64,000 bases of DNA from an uncultured delta proteobacterium (lineage in GTDB: Bacteria; Desulfobacterota; Binatia; UBA9968): NCBI GenBank assembly GCA_963847445.1, contig CAWJZV010000002.1:135127-199126 (forward strand), read 5' to 3'. The translations under genes were made by a program, and so were the position numbers. Under the pieces are notes generated by a model that did not search any database, had not been told where the DNA came from, and saw only the letters and a program-made list of their open reading frames with translations. Positions 23,848-36,409 of this stretch are shown here, in pieces (positions within the stretch are counted from its first letter, which is position 1; the number at the start of each line of letters is the position of its first letter).

Positions 23848-24771
23848 TTACTTCCGGGTTATTTTGTAACCCCGGCTGTCGAGAAAATTGAAAGTCTGGA
23901 TAACCTGATTGGTCGGCTCGTACCCGCGGTAGGGAAAATAGCTTTGGATGATCGAGCTTTTCCACTTGGGATGGCCAGTGGCTCTAAGCTGATCGGCCGA
24001 GTTTAGGATGGCCAGAACCAGATGTTGCATCTGCGCCGCGGAGTTTGCATCCCGCTTGTCCAACCCCATAATCGACGCCGGCACGGCATAGGTTTCGGTA
24101 TCGGTTGCAGACCAAGGATATTGAGATTTCCCCAGACTCGTTCGTGCATAGATTTGCTCGAGTCCCGGGTTGGCCGGCAGCCGGACAAAATGAACCTTGC
24201 CGTCCAACTTGCCGATAAAGGGGACCGGCGCCCCGCCGACAAACATCACGGCATCGAGATTGCCCTGCTCCAGCTTTTTCATGGCATCGTCGAAGCTGTC
24301 GAAGGAAACCGTGGCCTTGATATCGTAGACGGACAAGAGCACCGCGGCGGTAATCGCGGTCCCGCCTCCCTCGGTGCCCACCGACACGCGCTTGCCTTCG
24401 AGCTGATAGAAAGTCTGGATGTCGCTCTTGTTGCTGAGCACATGTATTTCTTCGGGGTAAAGATTCAATACAACCTTGATGCTGTCGAAAAGATCCAAAT
24501 TCTGCTGTTGTTTGAGCACTTCGGAGACAAACCGCAGAGCGTCCAGCTGAACGATCGCCAGGTCTACCTTGCCGGTGCCGAGCAGCTGGATGTTTTCGAG
24601 GGAGCCTTTGGTAGGTATCACTTGAATCTCCATGCCCTCCTTGCCCGCCACATTCTTGATGTCCTGGGCAATCTGAAAATAGCTGCCATCCTTCGGGCCT
24701 GTGGCTATCGTCGCCGCCGACGCCGCCGACGCAACCAAGCTCAGAACTAGCGCTAAAAATATTTTCTTCAT
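23848..24771 (-). CDS. TAXI-family TRAP solute-binding protein (orphan)
   Basis: Signal peptide; TIATGPKDGSY, TKGSLENI, DLAIVQLD and LYPEEIHV. Start MKKIF after a GGAG RBS. Confidence 0.85.
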   Translation of the reverse strand: MKKIFLALVLSLVASAASAATIATGPKDGSYFQIAQDIKNVAGKEGMEIQVIPTKGSLENIQLLGTGKVDLAIVQLDALRFVSEVLKQQQNLDLFDSIKVVLNLYPEEIHVLSNKSDIQTFYQLEGKRVSVGTEGGGTAITAAVLLSVYDIKATVSFDSFDDAMKKLEQGNLDAVMFVGGAPVPFIGKLDGKVHFVRLPANPGLEQIYARTSLGKSQYPWSATDTETYAVPASIMGLDKRDANSAAQMQHLVLAILNSADQLRATGHPKWKSSIIQSYFPYRGYEPTNQVIQTFNFLDSRGYKITRK

Positions 24772-24850
24772 AAGCCATCCCTCCTTAACAATAATAACGG
24801 TTATTGGGGTCTGCCCGGCAAATCCTATAAAAAGGAGGCGAACTTTTGTA

Positions 24851-24866
24851 TTGGACTTTAGTCCAA
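24851..24866 (-). promoter_or_regulatory. Palindromic TF box, copy 2, upstream of the TAXI gene
   Basis: ttggactttagtccaa. TAGGAT lies 23 nt downstream on the minus strand. Confidence 0.7.
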
Positions 24867-24960
24867 CACTGATTGAACGTTCCCGAGCTATTGAAACATC
24901 GGCGCCCGCCGCCACTAGGTTCGCAGTTCCCAACGCCGACCGTAGCAGCGGCTCGCCGGC

Positions 24961-25335
24961 TTATCTTCCCATCCGCCGCTCGTAGGCACGCGAAATATCG
25001 CTGGCTAAATTCGCATCCCCGCCTTGAGGCCCGCGCGCTGAGATCTCCACGCGAACTCTTCCATCCGCCTGGGTCGTGACTGTGATCGTCACATCGCGGC
25101 TATCGTTGGCGCCGGTGATGACTCCCCGCGCGCGATCTTCAGACTGGATGCGGATGCCAACATCTTGCGCCGCGGCTAGGGCAGCGTTCCATGACCGGTC
25201 AAAACCGCTCGCAGCCGGCGCGTAAGCAGGGACCGGCTCATAGACAACACAGCCAGTGGCGATAATTGAAACAGCTGCGACGGCCATTGCCAAACGCGCC
25301 ATCGCTACGATTACGCAAACTTTTTCTTTCACCAT
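24961..25335 (-). CDS. Small hypothetical lipoprotein (paralog of 7636-8004)
   Basis: Lipobox ATGC; EPVPAYAPA..FDRSWNAAL...SRAYERRMGR. Confidence 0.75.
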   Translation of the reverse strand: MVKEKVCVIVAMARLAMAVAAVSIIATGCVVYEPVPAYAPAASGFDRSWNAALAAAQDVGIRIQSEDRARGVITGANDSRDVTITVTTQADGRVRVEISARGPQGGDANLASDISRAYERRMGR

Positions 25336-25400
25336 GTTATTCTCCTAGTGTTGGCATTATCCCTGAGAGACTGCCAAGAAAATTTTACGGACAACGTTTC

Positions 25401-25539
25401 TTGCGCGTTTAGGCAAGTGTCCGCTTCATGCATAGGTGACGTCGGAAAAATGCTAGACGCTGGTCTGACGAAACCTCTTCGCCGTAAAAGCCAGCACGTC
25501 GTCGCGCCATTATTCATCGCTGACGGCGGCTATTCTTTC
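25401..25539 (-). pseudogene. Degraded 3' remnant of a SpoIIAA-like (STAS/SEC14) gene
   Basis: ERIAAVSDE*WRDDVLAFTAKRFRQT.. then FPTSPMHEADTCL; aligns with the remnant at 63536-63731. Confidence 0.55.
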
Positions 25540-25581
25540 CGTTCGGTAAGCAGCCCTATTCTGTTGGCTGAACCCCTCCGC

Positions 25582-25671
25582 CGTGGCGCGCCTGCCGAGA
25601 ACGCGAGACAACTCGGTCAGCCAGACACGAGTGTTGATTTGGTAAAGCGACGGATAGGGTGATGATGGCAA
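25582..25671 (-). pseudogene. 5' stub of a second GH13 alpha-amylase
   Basis: (TTG)PSSPYPSLYQINTRVWLTELSRVLGRRAT versus MTNSPRYASLYQINTRIWLTELSRKLRRAAT at 23720. GAGG RBS. Confidence 0.7.
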
Positions 25672-25763
25672 GATGGTATTCCTCAAAGATTTGCTACTCG
25701 TTCCCTGACCTGCCCGGGGAAGAACGAGTAGATAGTCGCCGGGCGGGCACTTTACTCAAATGC

Positions 25764-26150
25764 TTACTGCCTTTCTTTACGGGCGAAATATAGGTACGCC
25801 CCGACGTTCACGAAATTGATCACTACTCCGATCATGTTCCAAACGATCACCGGCCGCGAAGCAATCAACAAGCCGTAGTACACCCAGGCGATTTGAAAGA
25901 CGCCGATGATGCCTGCCATCCTCGGGTTCATCCCCGCGCTTGACCGCCGCGTGAGCATTGCGAGTAAGTCTGGTACGGCGGCAAAGGTCGTTCCAAATCC
26001 TGCCACAAAGCCAAGGATCTCAGACCGTTGAAACTTGGGGATGAGCAGGCTCGACGTGTCGCGTATAACCAGGTCCTCACAGCCATAAAGTGTAAGAAGG
26101 CTCGGCAAAAGAACACCGAGCGTCACTCTGTTGGAGCAATTCATATTCAT
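25764..26150 (-). CDS. SemiSWEET/PQ-loop-like small membrane protein
   Basis: EILGFVAGFGTTFAAVPDL...RRSSAGMN...WVYYGLLI.SRPVIVWN three-helix pattern. Confidence 0.7.
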   Translation of the reverse strand: MNMNCSNRVTLGVLLPSLLTLYGCEDLVIRDTSSLLIPKFQRSEILGFVAGFGTTFAAVPDLLAMLTRRSSAGMNPRMAGIIGVFQIAWVYYGLLIASRPVIVWNMIGVVINFVNVGAYLYFARKERQ

Positions 26151-26290
26151 TTCGGCAACCTCTATGCTGGTTATTAAGTACGTTTTGCTCCCAGGCTTCG
26201 CCTCGACATGAGTTGTCAAATAGTTTTGTACGATGAGCATCGATGTCGATCTGAAATAGGGCGGGATTTCACATCGCGCTTTGCTCCTCC

Positions 26291-29030
<2,740 letters not shown>

Positions 29031-29053
29031 TGCGCAACTCCTCCCACTCCGAC

Positions 29054-29350
29054 TTAGAGTGTTTTGATACTCTCGACCGGTTTGGCCTGCTTCGCTTTTG
29101 TTTTTGCGGCATTTTTGATCGGCGCTTTACGAGCTTTTTTGACCACCTCGGCTTCAAGCGACTGGGTTCTTTCTCTCGCTAGCTCCGCTTCCGCCTGCAG
29201 CCAATCCTCGGTCTCGTGGCCATCGTCACGCCCGCGTTGCTCGTAGAGTTCGTAGGCACGGCGGCTAATCTGTTCCTGGAGATCGACGGGGGATTCAAAA
29301 CTATTAGCGTTTGTGGTTCTTGTCGCGTTTTTTTTCACCGGAATCTTCAT
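29054..29350 (-). CDS. DUF2934 domain protein with Lys-rich tail
   Basis: [32 protein letters not shown]. Confidence 0.85.
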   Translation of the reverse strand: MKIPVKKNATRTTNANSFESPVDLQEQISRRAYELYEQRGRDDGHETEDWLQAEAELARERTQSLEAEVVKKARKAPIKNAAKTKAKQAKPVESIKTL

Positions 29351-29477
29351 CTTAATCCTGCTCCTTGTGAGGTCGATGTACTATCAGTTTCTATTTTTCC
29401 TTTAAACCGCCGAGCCGAAACTAGAATTCATCCTCGCTGCATGCGCCGTGATTTGGTCGCAGTTGCCCCGACCAATG

Positions 29478-29493
29478 TGCACGCAACATGCCA
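29478..29493 (-). promoter_or_regulatory. Sigma-54 (-24/-12) promoter for DUF2934-GH63
   Basis: Minus strand TGGCATGTTGCGTGCA, with GG-N10-GC spacing. Confidence 0.6.
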
Positions 29494-29723
29494 TCGATTC
29501 GGCGGCGCAGAATCGATCGGTCGCCTAGGGGATGCAAAAAAATAGCCTGCCGCGATTGTCACGAATGATAAAACCGCTGGGCCAGTTCTTACAGATGAGA
29601 AGCAGCGCAAGTGTTATTATGAAAATCATTTGGCGAGGAAGAGAACAGCTCGCTGTCGGCGCGGAACTCTAAACCCATGCCGCGGATGGTCGCGACTTGC
29701 GCCCGAAACAGATTTCTCAGCAA

Positions 29724-31864
29724 CTAGTCTACCCAGTGGAGGACGTTGCGGATCACCGACCAGCGCGGTTGCTTATCTGCGGCGAATTGACCCAGGACCC
29801 AGTAGTTATAAAGTTTTTTAAAGGTGCCGTCGCCCTTTTTGAGTTCCACCAGGGCGTTGACGTAATCGACCAGTTCCCGGTCACCGCGCGCCATCGCATA
29901 GCTCACCGGTAGCGCGATCGGCGGTTGCGCCACCACCACCGCGTATTCCGGATAGAGCAGGCTCCAAGCCGATCCCCCCTCGGCGCTATAGACAAACCCA
30001 TCGACGGTTTTTCCCTTGGATTGAAAAAACTCTTCGGCGGAATTCACCATCACCAACTGTGCTTTGGGCAGGTGCTCGCGCACGAATGAGATAAAGTATG
30101 GGCACATCCAAAATGGCCAGCTTCGGCGCCTGGAGTTTTTGCCGGGCTTCACGGCTGCTAAATTCAGATCGGCGATAATCTTGGACCACCAAAGCCAGGG
30201 TCAGTTCCATGTATGGCGTCGACAGACTCGCGGCTTCGGCGCGTTCCGGAGTGACCACGATTCCCGACATGACGATGTCAAAGTAACCTTCATTGAGCTG
30301 CTGAAACATCTTGCTGCGATCGACCGCTACGAACTCGAGGCCGACGCCGAGAGCACGCGCCAGAATATGCGCCATTTCAACATCCAGGCCGACTAGTTCT
30401 CCCTTGCCATTAAAGAAAGTAGCGGGACGATTATCTTCGAGATAGCCGACTCGGATTGCACCCCGGGCACGGATTCTTTTCAGCCCCGATGGCGACGAAT
30501 CCATCGGCAATGGCGGCGGCGCTGATTTGTCAAGCTTGGCAGGGCCGGTGGCGAATAGAGGCTGCATTTGGCCGATGATCTTATCCTTGTCGTAGGCGTT
30601 CTGAACCGCCAATGAAAAATAGGCGCGCGCGCCAATTACCGCGGCCGCGACCAAGCCCACCGTAAGCGCTGTCACTGGAACCAAGCGCTTCCACTGAAAA
30701 TGCAGCGCCCCGGCCATGGCAAAGCCGCCGAGCACCGCGAGCGTAAATAGGTGCATCGCCGAGGCCAAAGTGCCAAATTGCGCAACGAAAATCCCCGAGG
30801 CGAGGTAAAGCTGCATCATGTCGGCGGGTAGGTGCAGCAGATCAAGCAAAAACGGCATGGCGGCAACCGGTTTGCCGAAAAAGCTTAACAGAGCGGAGAC
30901 AGTTAAATTGACATACCCCGAAAGGCTGATGACCGTCTTGCTGAACCAAGCGGCAAACAAGATGAAAAGAAGCTGGAGCAGCCTGCCGACATTAGGGAAA
31001 TTGAAGGAAATCGGCACGATCACGTCTACGCTACGCTCAGATTCGGCGCTCGCGCCCGCTGCCTTTTCGCAACAGTTCCTTGCCATGGTCAGTCAGCATC
31101 GGTATGACGATCAGCAAGTTGTCGGTCGCGAACGCCATTAACAGCGCGTCTTTCGTGGTCCAGACGATCTCCCGGTAACCGAGCGGCGTCAGCACCATGA
31201 TGAGCGCGGGGAGCACGCCAAAGGTCATCAACAAGGCGGCCAAAATATCGGCGACGATATAGACCTGCAAGCGGCTCAATTGCTCGATATCCATGGTGCC
31301 GGCCGTGCTCGCGGCAATCGCGAAAATACCGAGCGGGGTGAGTCGGGAGACAAATTTCGTGACCCGCTTGAGTGCGTCTTCCATGACATCGAAGGCGGCA
31401 ATCAGTGGAGCCTTGCTCTCGATCCCCATCAGCGCCAGGCCCACCGCAATGCTGAAAAGCACCACCGCCGGCACGATGTTGTTGGCCATCGAATAGAAAG
31501 GATTGCTGGGGATGAACTCTAGGAAATTGAATCGCTGCGGCGGCTCGATCATCGTCGAGCTAAAGAACGAGGCGGATTGCCAATTGGGAAAGCTGAGCGG
31601 AAAGATATACAAGACTGCGAAGGTCAACGCCCAGATCAGCACCAGCAGGCTGCCGACGCGCAACGAAAGCCGGACAGCCTCGCCGTATTTCAATTTGCCG
31701 ATCCCCGACATCAGAGTAATCATGATGTAGGGGAGCACGGCCATCTGCAGCAACTGGACATAGGCTGCGCCAACGGCCTTGAGCGGAGCCGTGATCTCGC
31801 CCAGGAAAATACCCGTCGCAATGCCCAGACCTAAGCCGAGAAATATTTTTGCCGATAAACTCAT
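29724..31864 (-). CDS. Cation:dicarboxylate symporter (DAACS/SDF) fused to a C-terminal SBP_bac_3 substrate-binding domain, frameshifted
   Basis: N-terminal SDF-type TM region (FIPSNPFYSMANNIVPAVVLFS), then IRARGAIRVGY...GELVGLDVEMA...FDIVMSG. Indels near 31060 and 30105. Confidence 0.8.
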
Positions 31865-31949
31865 GAGCAGTCTCAGTTAATGTTCAGTGGAGTTGAGGTA
31901 AAACGCCCGGCAATTGTCTTTACCCTAAACCGACAATAAAAAAAACCTT

Positions 31950-32135
31950 GAATCGCTGCGGGTTAATTCCCCGCAGCTTGCTGCGCTGTGATTCCGAGGT
32001 AGGATGGGTGGAGCATTCGCGATACCCATCATTCCGAACGGTGGGTATCGGCGCTCTGCGCCTCCACCCACCCGACAATTTTGCCCAAAGTGCGTTTGCT
32101 TCGATACCCCGCAGCTTGCTGCGGGGTAGTTCATT
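31950..32135. repeat. IS200/IS605-end-like palindromic element with a nested GTAG-type REP
   Basis: Two copies of ccccgcagcttgctgcg(gggtagttca) flank gtaggatgggtggagc...gatacccatc...ctccacccaccc. Confidence 0.6.
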
Positions 32136-32369
32136 TAGATTGATCGTCGTGAATAATTTACCGTACGGTCGGTGCAAAGCCGCACCGGTCGTGAGCAATT
32201 CCATGGACCGGAGAATGGCAGAACTACCATGGAAAGAGTCCAGGCAATTGCCAGATTAAGGTCGGCTTAGGGTTGAGACTAAGATAGTTCCGCTTAGATA
32301 ATTTACATTATGATTCACCCGTGCATTTGCCTTGTCGTACCTACGCTCCGCTCGAGACCTCGGATCAAA

Positions 32370-33107
32370 TCAATAAACCATGCGCGCCTTGCGCACCTGA
32401 TCTTGGCGAATCCAACCCTGCTTGGCGAAGAACTCCGAGAGATAGCGCGCTACTTGATCGCCGCTCGCCGCGGCCATCCGAGCGACATGCGAATTGTAGG
32501 TTTTCACGCCCGATACGGTAGCGTTGGCGGCCACCATGCCTGCGCTTACCCCGCCTTGAATTGCCGCTCCGGCGCCAAGCATGGGCGCCGCACCTGGCAT
32601 GCTACTGCTGTCGGATTGAGTGGTGAATTCCATTAGCATGCGCGCTTCCTTTCCTTGGTACACTTGAACCTGGCTCTGCACCGTGGAGGAGCCCGTGCCG
32701 AAACCGATCACTAAACGGCTCAGCGGATTCCCCTCATCGACGCTAAGGAACCGGCCGTCGATCACCAGATCACTACCGGAAGCCTTGCTCTCGCGCCCAA
32801 CGCGTTCGACAACGAAACCGAGCGGCGTCAAGCCGTCGACAACTTCCTCGGCCAAGGCGTCTTTCACTTCCTTGGCGAGCAAACGCTCGCGCTCCGCAGC
32901 GTCTTTGATGTTCGGCTGCTGACGCATGATGCCCTGGTATTCTTTGACCTCCTCCTCGCTAGCGGCGAAGTCATACAAAAGAATGCGCTTAGGTCGGGGA
33001 AGGTCGGTTTCAGCCACTAGGGCCGCGCGGCGAATACCCGTCTGGGCGCAGGCGCTAACCAAACCGCAGAGCACTGCGACGATAAAAATATGAATCTTGT
33101 TTGCCAT
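32370..33107 (-). CDS. DUF4410 domain lipoprotein
   Basis: Lipobox VSAC; RILLYDF and GRFLSVDEGNPLSRLVIGFGTGSS. Confidence 0.8.
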   Translation of the reverse strand: MANKIHIFIVAVLCGLVSACAQTGIRRAALVAETDLPRPKRILLYDFAASEEEVKEYQGIMRQQPNIKDAAERERLLAKEVKDALAEEVVDGLTPLGFVVERVGRESKASGSDLVIDGRFLSVDEGNPLSRLVIGFGTGSSTVQSQVQVYQGKEARMLMEFTTQSDSSSMPGAAPMLGAGAAIQGGVSAGMVAANATVSGVKTYNSHVARMAAASGDQVARYLSEFFAKQGWIRQDQVRKARMVY

Positions 33108-33241
33108 GAGGAAATCCCTCCTTTTAAAAACCCGGCTGTGAACGAACAACAAAGCGGTGCTCCATCAACCTCCTAGCGAGATCCGGGTACAACTTGCTAG
33201 GTTAAAGTTCGTCTCCTTTGATTCATACTGTTGTTTTGTTT

Positions 33242-33257
33242 TGCAGATGTTATGCCA
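33242..33257 (-). promoter_or_regulatory. Sigma-54 (-24/-12) promoter for DUF4410
   Basis: Minus strand TGGCATAACATCTGCA, with an AT-rich possible UAS region at 33270-33390. Confidence 0.65.
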
Positions 33258-33607
33258 CGTGATTACTGATCGAATCATTGGGAATAATCACAATTCTCCA
33301 GTGCGCTGGAGATAACCACTCTCAAGAATGAGAAAAGGGATTATCTGAATCGTCATTTGTGATTTTGCGCGGTGAGAATTTTCCGATAGCGATTGACTGT
33401 GCGATGCTGACGGGATCGTCGCCAGCCGATTGCGAGTGCCGCTGGACCTACAAAACGCGCTGGGCTTTCTCGGTCGCCAAATTTATCTAGCATCGCGCCA
33501 CGGCGGCTGCGGCGAGCGAATTCCGCATCAGCGCAAATTATTGCTCCGCTCAGTTGACCTCGTGAGCGCCGCTCCTGTGTCGCCTTGGCTTAGCCACGGT
33601 GTTGATT

Positions 33608-34387
33608 TCAATTCATGCTATTGCGCAGGTCGATCAACGCTTGATCGAAGGCGTCGATGCGGATCAGTCCCAGGCGCGGGTATTCGATATCGAGGATCAC
33701 ATAGACCACCACTGCCATAACCATCGCGAACCCGAGCATATGGAACCAGATGCGCACCCTGCTGCCGCTCATGCCGTGGCCCGCCAGCAGCGACGCGGCC
33801 AGCGCCAACCCGAAGAGCATGATAAATATGATTCTCGGCGGATGCATTTGCGTCGCCATGGTGCGCGTGGTCGTAATATCGAACATCGCGTTGAGCGCGG
33901 GCAAAAGCAGCATCGGTGCCGCCGCCGGAGCGCCAGGCGCCCGGCTGGCGGTAACCGCCTGCTGCCAAATCCGCCTTTGTAACTCACTGGCCTTTTCTAA
34001 ATACGCTTTCGCGGCGTCCACGTCCGGCAGTTTCCGGTATGCCTCTATGCGCGCATCCAAGTAGCGCCTAAAACTTTCACGCAACATTGGCTGCGCATCG
34101 GCCGGCAGCAAGTCGATGCGCAGGTAGGCGGTGCCAATGTCATTGGTCTCCTCGACGATCAACTGCCGCCGCGTGTCAAATCTTGCGGTCGCGCCGGAGA
34201 AGGTGAAAGCGATGAGCAGTCCCAACAAGGCGAATACCGCACCATCGACTGAACTAATACCCTCCGGCGGAGTTCCGGACTCTTCTGTCATCCGACGCAA
34301 GCGGGTTCGGCGGCCGATTTCGAGACAAAGCAGCATGCCGAAAAACAAACCGACGGAAAGTAAAAGCACCATAGTTGCGTGAGTCAT
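33608..34387 (-). CDS. DUF4239/bestrophin-like membrane protein
   Basis: GAVFALLGLLIAFTFSGA..RFD.RR..IVEETNDIGTAYLRIDLL and ILDIEYPRLGLIR. Confidence 0.75.
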   Translation of the reverse strand: MTHATMVLLLSVGLFFGMLLCLEIGRRTRLRRMTEESGTPPEGISSVDGAVFALLGLLIAFTFSGATARFDTRRQLIVEETNDIGTAYLRIDLLPADAQPMLRESFRRYLDARIEAYRKLPDVDAAKAYLEKASELQRRIWQQAVTASRAPGAPAAAPMLLLPALNAMFDITTTRTMATQMHPPRIIFIMLFGLALAASLLAGHGMSGSRVRIWFHMLGFAMVMAVVVYVILDIEYPRLGLIRIDAFDQALIDLRNSMN

Positions 34388-34539
34388 GTTGCATTCCGAA
34401 GGATTGGGTTTCGGCCATCATAGCCGGTGAAAAGAATTGAAATTTGGAATACTAAAATCCCGTTGCGATTTCCAGTCATTGCAGCCGACCGATCTGCCTA
34501 TATGCCGGCATTCCGGTCTCGCCGGCTGTTGCGCGCCGA

Positions 34540-35967
34540 TCAGCGCCAGCGCAAGGTCTGGCGGGCGCGCCGCACGACTGCGAAACGCGCATAGACGCCC
34601 TCGCGCGCATCGCTCGGGCTGATGCTCACCAGATCGAAGACTCCGCCGAATCGACCATCGCCGCCCACCAACGCACGCAAGCGGTTGCCGGCCATGACCT
34701 GATAGCCGTCGAAATGCGTCCAGTGCGGCCATTTTCCCAAACCCCGGTCGCGGCCAAAGCGCGCGTACAGATCGTACGGAATGCAGACCAGGCGAAACTC
34801 CAGAGGGTCCAGCCCCAATTGATTCTCCAGGATCTCTGTGCCGGAACGCATGAGCACGCTTTCGATTGCCGCCCTGGCGAGGCCGCTCCGTTTAAGCAAC
34901 CCCAAGGCAGACAGCAGCTTTGACGGCGCGTCAGCCGACTCGTTTTCGGCAAAATCTTCCAGCAGCACCGTTTCCGCGGATAGAGGAGGCAGGTAACGCG
35001 CTCCGCCGGAGTTGACAAAGATCTGCTGAATAAACTGTCCGGCGAGGGTTTGCGGTTCTTCGCTGTTGAGTTCGGCGGGAAGCTCAAGCTCCGCCTGCGC
35101 CCGGGCGCGCAGCACGCCTTCTTTTTCCATGTCCGGGTTGGATGGCACCGGCTGGTCGGCATGCGAGTAGATGACTTCACGCACGGTTTTTAATTCGTCG
35201 ACAGGAGCGCTGCGCACTTCAATCAGCCCGAGCTCGCGGGCGCGCTCGATCACCTGCGGCGGAAACGGCGCTGCGAGATCGACGGGGCATTCATAACGGC
35301 TGAACTGCATCGGGGCGTTTGCCGAGGCTGCCGCAGCGCCGCTTTCCTTCCACTCCTGCAGCTCTTTCGCCAACCGCTGCAGCGCGGCGGCGTCGCCGCG
35401 TTCTGCGGCTTCCATGGCCAACTGCTCGACTTGTGACCGGTCGCGCTGCGGACCCTTTCGCGAAGTGGCTGCGCTTTTCAGTTCCAGCGCGGTAAAATAG
35501 CCGCGCCGCTTTTCATAGAATGCGCTGGCAGCGCTGTCCAGTTTCGCCAGCGACGCAAAGGCGTTAGTCAACTGAGTGCGAAGTTCCGCTTGCCCTGCCC
35601 GTGCCTGATCTCCAAGGTGTTTACCAGGTGAGAACGGTTCAAAAACAATCGCATCCGCGTCGTAGACATCCTTTCCCATGACGGCCAGGTTGCGCATCTT
35701 CGCCAGCCATTGGCGCTGGCTTTCGATCCGCGCCGACAGCTCGGCCGCTTGCGTCCACTCGCGGTGCAACACCGCCGTGCGGCTGCGGCGCACCAGATCA
35801 TCGATCTCCTCACCCGTAGATCCAATGGCGCGATAGGCGGTTTCATCCAGGGTGGAGCTCAAAAATTCGCGCGCGCGCCGCAAATGAACATCGCGATAGA
35901 CAGTATCCAACTTGGCGACTTCCACCAACAGACCAACAATCTTGAGTGTATTTGCATCCTTTGCCAT
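34540..35967 (-). CDS. Conserved hypothetical cytoplasmic protein
   Basis: Long intact ORF. AGGAGG RBS before MAKDA; C-terminal WTHFDGYQV...LVGGDGRFGG. Confidence 0.7.
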   Translation of the reverse strand: MAKDANTLKIVGLLVEVAKLDTVYRDVHLRRAREFLSSTLDETAYRAIGSTGEEIDDLVRRSRTAVLHREWTQAAELSARIESQRQWLAKMRNLAVMGKDVYDADAIVFEPFSPGKHLGDQARAGQAELRTQLTNAFASLAKLDSAASAFYEKRRGYFTALELKSAATSRKGPQRDRSQVEQLAMEAAERGDAAALQRLAKELQEWKESGAAAASANAPMQFSRYECPVDLAAPFPPQVIERARELGLIEVRSAPVDELKTVREVIYSHADQPVPSNPDMEKEGVLRARAQAELELPAELNSEEPQTLAGQFIQQIFVNSGGARYLPPLSAETVLLEDFAENESADAPSKLLSALGLLKRSGLARAAIESVLMRSGTEILENQLGLDPLEFRLVCIPYDLYARFGRDRGLGKWPHWTHFDGYQVMAGNRLRALVGGDGRFGGVFDLVSISPSDAREGVYARFAVVRRARQTLRWR

Positions 35968-36409
35968 TAACGTTTCCTCCTGTTTAGTTGTCCGACTGAC
36001 ATGATCGAATAACCTTTTATCCTTTTGAGTCGCTTGCAGCGCGTTGGTGCCGAACTCGCTTGTCTTTGCATCTGTCGGATGCTGATTCATGCTCCCTGTT
36101 CCCAGTTGCTGGCGGATTCACGCGGGGCCAGGTGCTGCAGCGAGCTGCGGCGCCACGCGTGATTGTAGTCCCGTCGTCCTGGCTTGCCATTCGCTGCGCA
36201 CCCGGAAGTTGCACGTCGACGGAGAAGCGGCGGAATCTCGGAACCATAGTGTCAGGGCAACATCCTGAAGCGCGAAATGCCAAGGTCGGCTCCACCTCGG
36301 CGTTCCTCGGGATGACGGACCGCGACCGTCGCAGGGTAATCGGTTTTGCTCCACTCCTCCGTTTTCCGATTTGGTGGGTGCAGAACCAATTTGTGAATCA
36401 GAACCTGAC

